Positions 7,056 to 16,095 of a DNA stretch of 57,716 nucleotides are shown one piece after another. How positions within the stretch are numbered: position 1 is the stretch's first letter; every line of letters begins with the position of its first letter. Both the position numbers and the translations under genes were made by a program. The notes under the pieces are model-generated. The model saw nothing but the letters and a program-made list of their open reading frames with translations, did not search any database and had not been told where the DNA came from. Source of the DNA: a virus (lineage: Duplodnaviria > Caudoviricetes); the IMG/VR virus record IMGVR_UViG_3300025132_008330, positions 1 through 57,716 of that record. One strand, given 5' to 3'.

Positions 7056-10000
7056 TTAAAACTCGCCCGGACCAGCAAAAGTTGATCCAGCCTTGACCAC
7101 TTCTCCAACGGTGCCCTCTGTTGTTTCTGGTTGTTGCGTAACCTTTACTTGACCTTGAGAATCTCCGCAAGTTGTTATTTCTTCCGTTGGCTGTTCATGT
7201 CTGGAAATAAATGCTATATTTAAATCTATTATTTTGCCTGTATGCTTAGATTTAATTCTAAACTTATATTTCTGAGAGCCGCTTGATGTAAAAATCCCTT
7301 TATCTTTAATTCCGAGTACAGGCTTCTGATTGACTTGAGGATATGCTGTGTCGGAGTCTTTTAATTTAGATTTTTCCAAATTCACAATTCCTTGCAGGGT
7401 CTCGGCATCGATCTGTAATCTTCTTTTAAAAGGCTTAGTTTTTAGTCCCAAAGCTGGTTTTTGGAATTCATAAATTGATATCACTGGATATACAACGCCT
7501 GAATTTTCTACCATTTCCACCTGATAGACCGGTGAGGGGTTAGAAACATTGCCATGTACATCAACAGACCTAAACATGTAATAGTATTTCTTATTTTGTT
7601 CTAGTTTATCTGTAAAAGAATGTAGTTTTAAGGCATTTATAGTTTTCTTAGTACCATTTGTAAAACTTGGGTATTCTGTAGGTGGCACATCCATTCTATA
7701 AACCTGATATTTGACTGGGTAGTCATCCGATTTAAATTGCAATTTTGGCTCCACAAAATATGATGCAGGCAAAGCTGAAGCGAATAACGCTTCGGCAAAA
7801 GAAATTGGTGCTTTTAGTAAAAATCGATCTTGTGCTGTTCTGACCTTGTTAAATATGGGTCCATCATGTGCCAAATCAACATAAACTGGCTCTACCTCCC
7901 TGTCAACAGAGGGGGGATAGAAATTTATTTTTAAATCGTTGTTTTTGCCTTTTAAGGGAACAATATCGACTTCAGGTGCAAGGGATGGTGAATCGTGTAC
8001 AATTGCATTTTTCTTATAAAATGGCACCTCTACAATTTTTACATCTGGCTCTAAAACAACATCGAACATTGCCATTATTTTATTTTCTTGATCTAAGCTT
8101 TTGTAAAAATATGCCCCTGTCCATGGGGATTGACCACCTGCAAGCATTCCCTTTACATCTACCCCACCAGCTTGAGTGCCGAATGAAGACTGAAGCGAGG
8201 CTACTTTTTCAGGTATTAGAACATTTATAATATCGCTAACTTGTTTGTTTTTTTGGTCGATTGATTTGTAAACATCTGCAATTTGTTTTTTAATTAGTTT
8301 TCCGTAACTAATTCCCTTAGCTTCTAGCTGTGTAGAAAGTACAAACGGCGCCTTGCTCTCTATTGTTTGGATTGCCGTGTTATATAAATTCCATATTTCA
8401 GGATAAATGGATTCTTGAAAGTTTGCAGCCATGACTTTATCTAATTCATCTTGAACTTGTGAATAATAGCTTGCGATTTCCTCTTCTAGTTTGGAATTTT
8501 CTGATTGCATTTTTGCAGTTGATTCAAGAGTTATGTATGTTGCCAGATCTGGGTATTTTATTAGTATTTCATTGACTCGCTTTCCGTACACTCTTGGTCT
8601 CAAGGAATTATACAATTTTTCAAGATTTTGCAAAACCTCTATGCCGGGATTTGGAGGAGCAGCTTGTTGCTGTTCAAACACAGGATTTGTCTTATAGTAT
8701 ACAAAATCCTCTGTCTTTCCATAACCTTCATTAAAGGCACTCTTTTGCATGGAATCTATAAATTTTGTTTGTTTTTCCGTTACAAATCCCGGAGAATGTG
8801 AGGCGATTTGGAATCCGTACTTCGACCCTATAGTCAAATTATAAGCGTATATTGTGTATTCATAATTTTGATCATAGACGACTTGCGTATCAATATATTT
8901 CATTATATCTTTGCCGTCTTCTATTCCTGTAGGTTTTGGAATCCAAATGTTTTGAACTATTCCGCTGCCTTGAGCATTCCCATTATTGTCCAAAGCCACC
9001 TTTTGAATTCTATAGAAAAGAGTTTCCGTGTACGCAGAATCTTTATTCAATATTTGATCATATGTTCTAGAGTTTTGCTTTACTAAATCTCTGTATTTGC
9101 CCATAAATTTTACAGTTTTCAGCATCTTTATTAAAGATGTTGTCTCCTGCTCTGGACAGTCTAGCAAAGATGAGGCGATTGAGCCAAACTTCTTGGAGTT
9201 TTTTGTTGCCTCATAAGAGCGAATGACATCTACTTTATATTTTTTATAGTAATCTGATAATTGATTATTTGAAATACTAGCCCAAGTTGACATATGGCTA
9301 ATATACATATCTAGCCACCTATTTAAATCGAACTCTCGGAAGCCGCTAATATCCCCTTCCCTTATTGGGTTTGGGCTCATCTGAGTCATGTCAATTGAAT
9401 CAGATAGAGGAACAACTTTGTAAAAATCTCTATAATCTGATATAGAATATATCTGATCTTGGCAAATTCTAGGTGATTGCTTTTGCACTTCGCCGCTATT
9501 GTAGGCTGGGTTTAGATCAAAAGGATTCCAGTATCTTTTTGTTTGATCTGCAATTGTAGAGTTCTTGCTTGGCTCAACATTTAGCCCATCGGATGAAACC
9601 TCTCTTGTAAAAACATTTCCAATTAGGGTGTCCAACAAGTCATTCATTAAGCCAGAATCGCTAAATATTTGCGTAAAAGCCCTCCTTGAATCTGTTGAAA
9701 ATTTAAAATCTACATAAAATGGGAATTGTCTTTTTATACTTTCATATCTAGAGAGATATTCTTGATCGTCTTGGTACAGCACAATATTGAACGCTTTTGT
9801 TTCGTCTTTCACATCATCAGGAACATAGCCGCAGTTTAATAACTTATGCCCAAATTTTTCGAATTTAAACTTTGAATCATTACCTAGAGGGGCGGGTGTT
9901 TCGTCCTCTTCTATGGGGACTTCATAAATTAATGGCAAAGTTCGTTCTGTGAATTCTACAGTCTCATTTCCAGAATCTGGCAATGTTACAAACATTTTTC

Positions 10001-11015
10001 CGTTTTCATTCTTTTTTGTGGCTGTTTCATACAGTTTGGAATAAAAATTATATGACGATCTTATGTCACAAATTAAATTACTTTTATTTATAACATTTGT
10101 CAAACTGGATGCTCTGGTTGATATTGGCAGATCCATATTAAATGCCATATCTGAATACCCACTGAATGTTTTTAATATGGTTTCTTTTGTTAGTGGGTTA
10201 AAAAAGTTTAGCGGATACTTGTATGTTTCGGTCTTAAAGTCATAGAAGTAGTCCATATGACCATTGTCTACTGCGGTCTCTATAGCGCTTAAAGAATAGT
10301 TTGACCAAGTGTTCTTTACAGAATCAAGAACACCTTGCTGTACCGGGTTCAGATCCAGAGTCTCCGCCATCTTAATGTCTGTTTGAAGTGCGGTGTCGTA
10401 GATATCACTTTTATCAAAAGTGCTCCTGTAATTGTATATGTAATTTGGTCCAGTGGTTGACTTTGGGAATGAAAAAGATATTGGATTTTCAGTTCCTTGA
10501 TTTACAGTATATGATGGTGCGCTGCTTTTTACGCTCATATCCGTTATTAAAGATAGCACCCCTAGTCTATTGTTTAATAAGTCCGAATTATTAAAGAATA
10601 CTTTTACCCTTGTTGCATCCCTGTGCAAGTTCAAGTTATTTGAAGAGCCGTTGACAAATATTTGCTGCCAATCTTCAGAAACATCTTCAAATTTTAAATT
10701 ATTTGATACATCAAAACTGGCGTTATAAGCTTGAGGCACAAGGCTTGCTTTGATATCTGCCAAGCTATCTTTAAACCTTGTTTTGTTGCCGAATGTCCAA
10801 AATTTTCCCAAAGATTGCCTAAATGGGTCTATTGAAGAACGAGGTATTTCATCGCCGTTGGTGTCAATCCCCGGTGATGCAGAGCCATTAACTTTATTCA
10901 AAATAATTTTCGGATCAGAACCTTGAGCTTTGGGGAAAAAATTACTTTCCCTCACAACCAAAGTGTAAGCTGTCGAATATTCGTTTTTTAATCTATCGTC
11001 TAAAGAGTTTGACAT
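7056..11015 (-). CDS. Large putative virion protein with fibronectin type III-like elements
   Basis: 1319 aa. YIDTQVVYDQNYEYTIYAY and YQVYR...FTDKLEQNKKYYYMFRSVDVHGNVSNPS are FN3-like signatures. Lies within the structural module. Confidence 0.6.
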   Translation of the reverse strand: MSNSLDDRLKNEYSTAYTLVVRESNFFPKAQGSDPKIILNKVNGSASPGIDTNGDEIPRSSIDPFRQSLGKFWTFGNKTRFKDSLADIKASLVPQAYNASFDVSNNLKFEDVSEDWQQIFVNGSSNNLNLHRDATRVKVFFNNSDLLNNRLGVLSLITDMSVKSSAPSYTVNQGTENPISFSFPKSTTGPNYIYNYRSTFDKSDIYDTALQTDIKMAETLDLNPVQQGVLDSVKNTWSNYSLSAIETAVDNGHMDYFYDFKTETYKYPLNFFNPLTKETILKTFSGYSDMAFNMDLPISTRASSLTNVINKSNLICDIRSSYNFYSKLYETATKKNENGKMFVTLPDSGNETVEFTERTLPLIYEVPIEEDETPAPLGNDSKFKFEKFGHKLLNCGYVPDDVKDETKAFNIVLYQDDQEYLSRYESIKRQFPFYVDFKFSTDSRRAFTQIFSDSGLMNDLLDTLIGNVFTREVSSDGLNVEPSKNSTIADQTKRYWNPFDLNPAYNSGEVQKQSPRICQDQIYSISDYRDFYKVVPLSDSIDMTQMSPNPIREGDISGFREFDLNRWLDMYISHMSTWASISNNQLSDYYKKYKVDVIRSYEATKNSKKFGSIASSLLDCPEQETTSLIKMLKTVKFMGKYRDLVKQNSRTYDQILNKDSAYTETLFYRIQKVALDNNGNAQGSGIVQNIWIPKPTGIEDGKDIMKYIDTQVVYDQNYEYTIYAYNLTIGSKYGFQIASHSPGFVTEKQTKFIDSMQKSAFNEGYGKTEDFVYYKTNPVFEQQQAAPPNPGIEVLQNLEKLYNSLRPRVYGKRVNEILIKYPDLATYITLESTAKMQSENSKLEEEIASYYSQVQDELDKVMAANFQESIYPEIWNLYNTAIQTIESKAPFVLSTQLEAKGISYGKLIKKQIADVYKSIDQKNKQVSDIINVLIPEKVASLQSSFGTQAGGVDVKGMLAGGQSPWTGAYFYKSLDQENKIMAMFDVVLEPDVKIVEVPFYKKNAIVHDSPSLAPEVDIVPLKGKNNDLKINFYPPSVDREVEPVYVDLAHDGPIFNKVRTAQDRFLLKAPISFAEALFASALPASYFVEPKLQFKSDDYPVKYQVYRMDVPPTEYPSFTNGTKKTINALKLHSFTDKLEQNKKYYYMFRSVDVHGNVSNPSPVYQVEMVENSGVVYPVISIYEFQKPALGLKTKPFKRRLQIDAETLQGIVNLEKSKLKDSDTAYPQVNQKPVLGIKDKGIFTSSGSQKYKFRIKSKHTGKIIDLNIAFISRHEQPTEEITTCGDSQGQVKVTQQPETTEGTVGEVVKAGSTFAGPGEF

Positions 11016-11037
11016 TTATTCTATATCCTCAAATAAA

Positions 11038-14000
11038 TTAATATTGACTTCCGCCAAGGGAGCCGCCGCCTGTGAATCCTGTAAGTGCCGGTGATGCGCC
11101 TCCAGTTCCGCCTGTATCTCTAGCGGTAGGTGTTGCAGTGCTCTGTTGGGAGGATTGTGGCTGCATCATGCTATTTTGCAGTGCTCCTGATCCAGCTCCA
11201 GAGACTCCGGATTGTGAGCCAATTTTAGCAATTAATCCCAAAAGAGGACCCGAGCCTCCACCGAGAGGTCCCGCAGCCCTTGCTGCCCCAGTTCCAACAT
11301 CTACGCCGCCAGCAGAACCGCCTAAAAAACCAGTCATACCAAGTTCAGTCACTGCGCCAGCAGACAATCCAGTTGCTACACCTATGCCTGCGGCTCCCCC
11401 GTCCAGTCCTACAAGAGCCTCTGCTTCTTCCATCGTCTGACCTCCGGGTAAAGTCCCTCTTGAATCCGGCTCTAAGAAAGGATTGTTATCAAGATTTCGC
11501 TGGTCTATGGCGCCTTGAGCCAATTGTTCCTCCAGTGCAGGTGTAATTGAAAAATCTACAATAAAATATTCATTGTAGTATGGTAATTTCATAAACTCAT
11601 ATGACTTAATTCCATACATTTCTTTTTCATACGGCATTAACCTGCACAAGACATTTCCACCTTTTTGTATGCACGAGTTGTACACATCTTGAGTTAAAAG
11701 TTTCCATATAGGAGAATTCAGACTTTGCTTTCCATACTGGTCTGTTTCGTATCCCGATAGCACTTCTACCTTTGCAAGAGTTTTAAAGTTTAACATGAAA
11801 AACGGCAAAAATTCAGGATTTTGATACATAATCTTATTTCCTGCCGCAGCAGTTGCTTTACCATCTTTATTTATCAAATACCCACCTTGCAAGGAAGATT
11901 CTGGATCTGCGTCTACATCAAAAACATATGGCTTATTAGATTTTACTTGTTGATAAACCTCCTCCATTGCTGAAGTGGGTTTATCTCTTGTGTAATCCAA
12001 ATTTATCATCAAAGATTTTAAGTGATTTGGCGCTCTTGTTAGAGGAGATTGAGCTGGGACTTGTCCGAGTCCACCAGTGCCACCACCAAAGGCAGCTAAA
12101 ATTCCATATGCTAAATATTCTTTAAAAAAAGTAGAATCAAAATTCTCAACATAATACTCCCAACTCCAAATATCGTCTTCAAGAATTTTGAAAAGATTTT
12201 GCTGAACTATCGTTAATAGCAGTGGAGATGGGTCTATTTTAGAATTATATATGTTGGTACCCGGAGCATTATCTTTTGAAGTTATCATGATCTCAGATGC
12301 CGCCAAATTATTAACTGGTGCCCCTATTCCGCCCATGATTCCGGAAGTTGTTTTATTTTTGGGACTAGCCTGCTTCAAAATCTCTAAGGCTGATACCGTT
12401 GTTTGTCTATTTGACAACAAGGTTAACAAATCAAATTTTGACTCTGTTGAGGATTGTTTTTTAACAATTTCATCTCCTTGTCCGGTAGCGAGAGAGGCAA
12501 AGGGAACATCTAGTTTTTGTCCATTTAAAGCATTGTATCTCACAATATTTAACATCACATTTTTAAGATTTTTTATGTCAGTTCGCATATTTCCGTTGTT
12601 CAATAGAGGCTGATTAGTAGCAGTTCTAAAGTTTACTAGAGATGGAGACAAAAATGCACTCTTAGTAAATGCAACTGTGTCGTTTGGATTCATTATTGGA
12701 CCCTGTTTTTGTTCAATTTGAGAGGGTCCTAAATTTTCAAGTTCAGAATATGAAAGGGGCTTTTTTGGTATTTCTATGTTATAATCTTCGTCTGTGAATA
12801 ATTTTTTTGTTTCGAGGTTCACACGGTTTTCGTAAGAGGGGCGACTGACTCTCTTTAATCCCATCGTGGGAAGGGAATCTTCTGATGTTGTCGACGCTTT
12901 CGATAAAAAATCGTACCCCGTTAAATGGTCTAAAGATCCATCAACTTTAGATGAAAATTTCTTTGTTATTTTAAAATTTCTTTTTGGATTTGAGCCTGCT
13001 GAATATTGTGATTCAACATGTTGAGAGTCTACGGGCTTCTTATATTTGGACACAGAGGAAAACAAGTTTAGTATTTTTTTATAAATATTTTCCATTACCT
13101 GCAACGAGGTCAAAGCACCAGTTGGGTTTCCATATGATGTGCTAGATATGGATGTCATAAAATTGTATAATCCATATATTTTGTCATCGAATTCAGTAAA
13201 AGAGCTTAATATTTGAAAGAACTCGTATATTCTAGAGTATATGAATAAATTTGAATATTTGTTATCCAAATACTCAATTCCTTCCTGTGTAAATCGATTT
13301 GTGTAAAGATTAAAATATGCGGGTTTGCTTTTTGCGTCTTGCACATATTCTATAAAGCCAGTGCCAAGTATACCTGTTTTATCAGAACCATACAGTACGC
13401 TCTCCATATCAATAATTTTTGCAGATAGCCACTGTATCATTGGGTCGCTAATTGTTATTTCCACAGAGAATACATATGCTCCGTCATTCGGTGTTCCAAG
13501 GTCCGTTCCAGTAAAAAATCTAGTGCTATAATTTGATCCGTTTGAGTTATTTAACAACTCTATTTTTTGTTCCCTAATTGTCCCTAGCAAATTTCCATCT
13601 TCATCAGAATTTGATGTGGTTATTAAAGTTCCAGATGAATCATCTTTTGTTACAACCACCAACTTTGGTATATCATTTTTTTCAATTTCGTAAAGATCTA
13701 CAGTTGGATCAGCTATATTTTCCTTATATACCTTGTGTCTATAGATTTTAAAGTCCTCTATTAAGCTATTGCTTAACAAGTTACTTTTTTCTTGTTCTGT
13801 TCCGCTTTCAAATATATTTTCTAAAAGTTTTGGAAAAGCTGTATTTTGTTTTAGTGCTTCTTTAAAGTCTAAACCAAAGAAATATCTGGTGTTTCCTGAG
13901 CCGTCCATTGCTGTGTAAAAATCTGCAAATAGTGGGCGGTGGGATGCGTTGGATAAGCTTTTTACAATTGCTGTTTCAATGTCTTGTTCATCTTTTATAG

Positions 14001-15102
14001 CAGCGTTGTCCCTTGCAGCAATCTGTTTTATTCCATTTAGGTTGTTCTGTAGGCTTTCTGTTGTTTTTTGATTAAACCAAGAATTAGAAAACAAAGAATA
14101 ATTAAAATCTAATTTTGTTATTTCTACAATTTCTCTAAAATCTTGTATGATCCCGTTAAAAACTGTTTCTGCGACCAGATAAACGCCCATGTCGTCATTT
14201 GTGCCAGCCATGTATCCCACATATCCATTTGGACCGGGGTTTTGAGGACCATGATAATGCACCGGACCTGTCCAAATAGATGCATTTGAAACTTGATTTA
14301 AGGGCTTTGGCTTACCTTGGGCATCTAATTCTGTTACATAAAATGTTTTTCCAAAAAAACTAGTTGTGCCACCTTGAATTACGCTTAATCGATTAACTTC
14401 TCCGCTGGTTAAATTATTTATTATGTTTTGGTCTAGGTCTTTCCAACCATTAAAGGCACCCTCATCGATAAATATTTCTTCAACATCAATATATGCTTGA
14501 ACAAAATAGTCCAAATTTTGAACATCAATTCCACCCCGAGCTGTTGGCACTTCGAAAGTTATTTTATATGGAAAAACATATACTATGTTTCCATTTTCAT
14601 CAGTTTTCTTCTCTATTGATGTTGAGTCATCTGTCAAAGGATTGTTGTCTAGGTCGATCATGTTTCCCTCAAATTGAGAAAAACTAATTAAGGCATGACT
14701 AACCAAATCAGTATTTAAGCCCAGTTCTTGATACAAAGCCTTTAGCAGGAAATCACTGTGATCAAAATACTTTTTTGGTGTTGAAGCTAAATTATTAGAA
14801 ACTGAAGCATCTGTGCTTTGCACAACTAATATTTTAAGGTATTTTGTAAAATCGTCTTGAAAAAATGACGAAAATAAATTACAAGATGAGTTATCAAAGC
14901 CAACCTCTATCGACATAATAATGTCTACCTGCATTTTAGACTCAGAATTAGCCAATGCATCGGATGGGATTGGCCCTGATGTGTCTGATAGATCATAAAT
15001 GTGCGGCTCATTCGTAGGCTTAAGCAAATCTTTTCCACCATCAAGCGTCACGCTGATGAAATTTACTTTTGGTATTGTGAATCCTGCTGTTGCCATTAAC
15101 AA
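11038..15102 (-). CDS. Large putative virion protein with Gly-rich C-terminal tail
   Basis: 1354 aa ORF; true start probably the ATG at 15096 (TAATG coupling). Context in the structural module. No enzymatic motif recognised. Confidence 0.55.
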   Translation of the reverse strand: MLMATAGFTIPKVNFISVTLDGGKDLLKPTNEPHIYDLSDTSGPIPSDALANSESKMQVDIIMSIEVGFDNSSCNLFSSFFQDDFTKYLKILVVQSTDASVSNNLASTPKKYFDHSDFLLKALYQELGLNTDLVSHALISFSQFEGNMIDLDNNPLTDDSTSIEKKTDENGNIVYVFPYKITFEVPTARGGIDVQNLDYFVQAYIDVEEIFIDEGAFNGWKDLDQNIINNLTSGEVNRLSVIQGGTTSFFGKTFYVTELDAQGKPKPLNQVSNASIWTGPVHYHGPQNPGPNGYVGYMAGTNDDMGVYLVAETVFNGIIQDFREIVEITKLDFNYSLFSNSWFNQKTTESLQNNLNGIKQIAARDNAAIKDEQDIETAIVKSLSNASHRPLFADFYTAMDGSGNTRYFFGLDFKEALKQNTAFPKLLENIFESGTEQEKSNLLSNSLIEDFKIYRHKVYKENIADPTVDLYEIEKNDIPKLVVVTKDDSSGTLITTSNSDEDGNLLGTIREQKIELLNNSNGSNYSTRFFTGTDLGTPNDGAYVFSVEITISDPMIQWLSAKIIDMESVLYGSDKTGILGTGFIEYVQDAKSKPAYFNLYTNRFTQEGIEYLDNKYSNLFIYSRIYEFFQILSSFTEFDDKIYGLYNFMTSISSTSYGNPTGALTSLQVMENIYKKILNLFSSVSKYKKPVDSQHVESQYSAGSNPKRNFKITKKFSSKVDGSLDHLTGYDFLSKASTTSEDSLPTMGLKRVSRPSYENRVNLETKKLFTDEDYNIEIPKKPLSYSELENLGPSQIEQKQGPIMNPNDTVAFTKSAFLSPSLVNFRTATNQPLLNNGNMRTDIKNLKNVMLNIVRYNALNGQKLDVPFASLATGQGDEIVKKQSSTESKFDLLTLLSNRQTTVSALEILKQASPKNKTTSGIMGGIGAPVNNLAASEIMITSKDNAPGTNIYNSKIDPSPLLLTIVQQNLFKILEDDIWSWEYYVENFDSTFFKEYLAYGILAAFGGGTGGLGQVPAQSPLTRAPNHLKSLMINLDYTRDKPTSAMEEVYQQVKSNKPYVFDVDADPESSLQGGYLINKDGKATAAAGNKIMYQNPEFLPFFMLNFKTLAKVEVLSGYETDQYGKQSLNSPIWKLLTQDVYNSCIQKGGNVLCRLMPYEKEMYGIKSYEFMKLPYYNEYFIVDFSITPALEEQLAQGAIDQRNLDNNPFLEPDSRGTLPGGQTMEEAEALVGLDGGAAGIGVATGLSAGAVTELGMTGFLGGSAGGVDVGTGAARAAGPLGGGSGPLLGLIAKIGSQSGVSGAGSGALQNSMMQPQSSQQSTATPTARDTGGTGGASPALTGFTGGGSLGGSQY

Positions 15103-16064
15103 GGCTCCTCTGTATCATTTGTTGGAGTTTCATAAATATTTGTTTTTATGTCTTTTCTTATTCCAACACTTTCAGTTATCTCATCATCTACTTTTATATC
15201 AAAATAGTATTCAACATTGCCTTGTTTAACATCTATTTTTTGCGACAGGTCTTTTGAGTAATATATCTCATTAACTACCTTTGTACCGTTTATGAAATAC
15301 AATGGCTCCAAAGAGTCTTTTATTTTGTTATCCGATGGTTCATCAACGATTTCGTAAACTTCAATATCAAAGTTTTCGTTATCAAAAACAGAATTGTGCT
15401 CTTTTAAGTCTATTAGTATGTGATTTTTTGTCACTTCGATATAAGTGCTGTCTGGGAAAACAGTTATATTTTCAGAATTTGTTGATTGTGGTGCAACATT
15501 TTCTGTAAATTGCTTTATTGAAGTGTCATACACCAATTCCATTTCTACTTGGGGTATTTTTAGCAAACCCGAAGACCCCGTGTAGTCCAAAACAGAACCT
15601 GTTATTTCTCCACTGTGCACGAAAAGATCCCATGCAGGGTCTTTATCAGAATTATATTCGCTTGTTCCCATGGGTAGCCCCATACTGTAGTGGTTTTCTA
15701 TAGTATCGGGCGGTTTTGACAATATGTCAAGCTTTTCCTCTAGAGACAACTCTACTTGTACCACTTCGCTCAAGAATGGATTAAAAACATTTTCTACTTT
15801 TGCGATTTTATTAAATGTGGTCTCTACGCCAGAGAAATTATACTGTGCTGTTGGTCTAATGCTCTCTCTAATCCTGTCGGATGCGTTTGTAGAGAATTCC
15901 AACTGTGTTGATGAGCCTGTTGACATATATTGGCTGTCATATATTACATCATCATCATAAAAAGCATAACAAGCAGGTTGAAAAACTCCCTTTGACAATA
16001 GATATTTGCCATACTGCGTTAACTGTATGTCAATTACTTCTTCTTTTCGATTAAAAAACTTCAT
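15096..16064 (-). CDS. Virion structural protein, N-terminus homologous to 6030..6965
   Basis: DIQLTQYGKYLLSKG.FQPACYAFYDDDVIYD aligns with DAVLTDAGRARLARG..FKIVKYAFADDEIDY. Confidence 0.6.
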   Translation of the reverse strand: MKFFNRKEEVIDIQLTQYGKYLLSKGVFQPACYAFYDDDVIYDSQYMSTGSSTQLEFSTNASDRIRESIRPTAQYNFSGVETTFNKIAKVENVFNPFLSEVVQVELSLEEKLDILSKPPDTIENHYSMGLPMGTSEYNSDKDPAWDLFVHSGEITGSVLDYTGSSGLLKIPQVEMELVYDTSIKQFTENVAPQSTNSENITVFPDSTYIEVTKNHILIDLKEHNSVFDNENFDIEVYEIVDEPSDNKIKDSLEPLYFINGTKVVNEIYYSKDLSQKIDVKQGNVEYYFDIKVDDEITESVGIRKDIKTNIYETPTNDTEEPC

Positions 16065-16068
16065 TTGT

Positions 16069-16078
16069 TATAAATAGC
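16069..16078 (-). promoter_or_regulatory. Putative phage late promoter
   Basis: GCTATTTATA 4 nt upstream of the ATG at 16064, no SD. Confidence 0.55.
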
Positions 16079-16095
16079 CATTATTGTTGTTTTTG

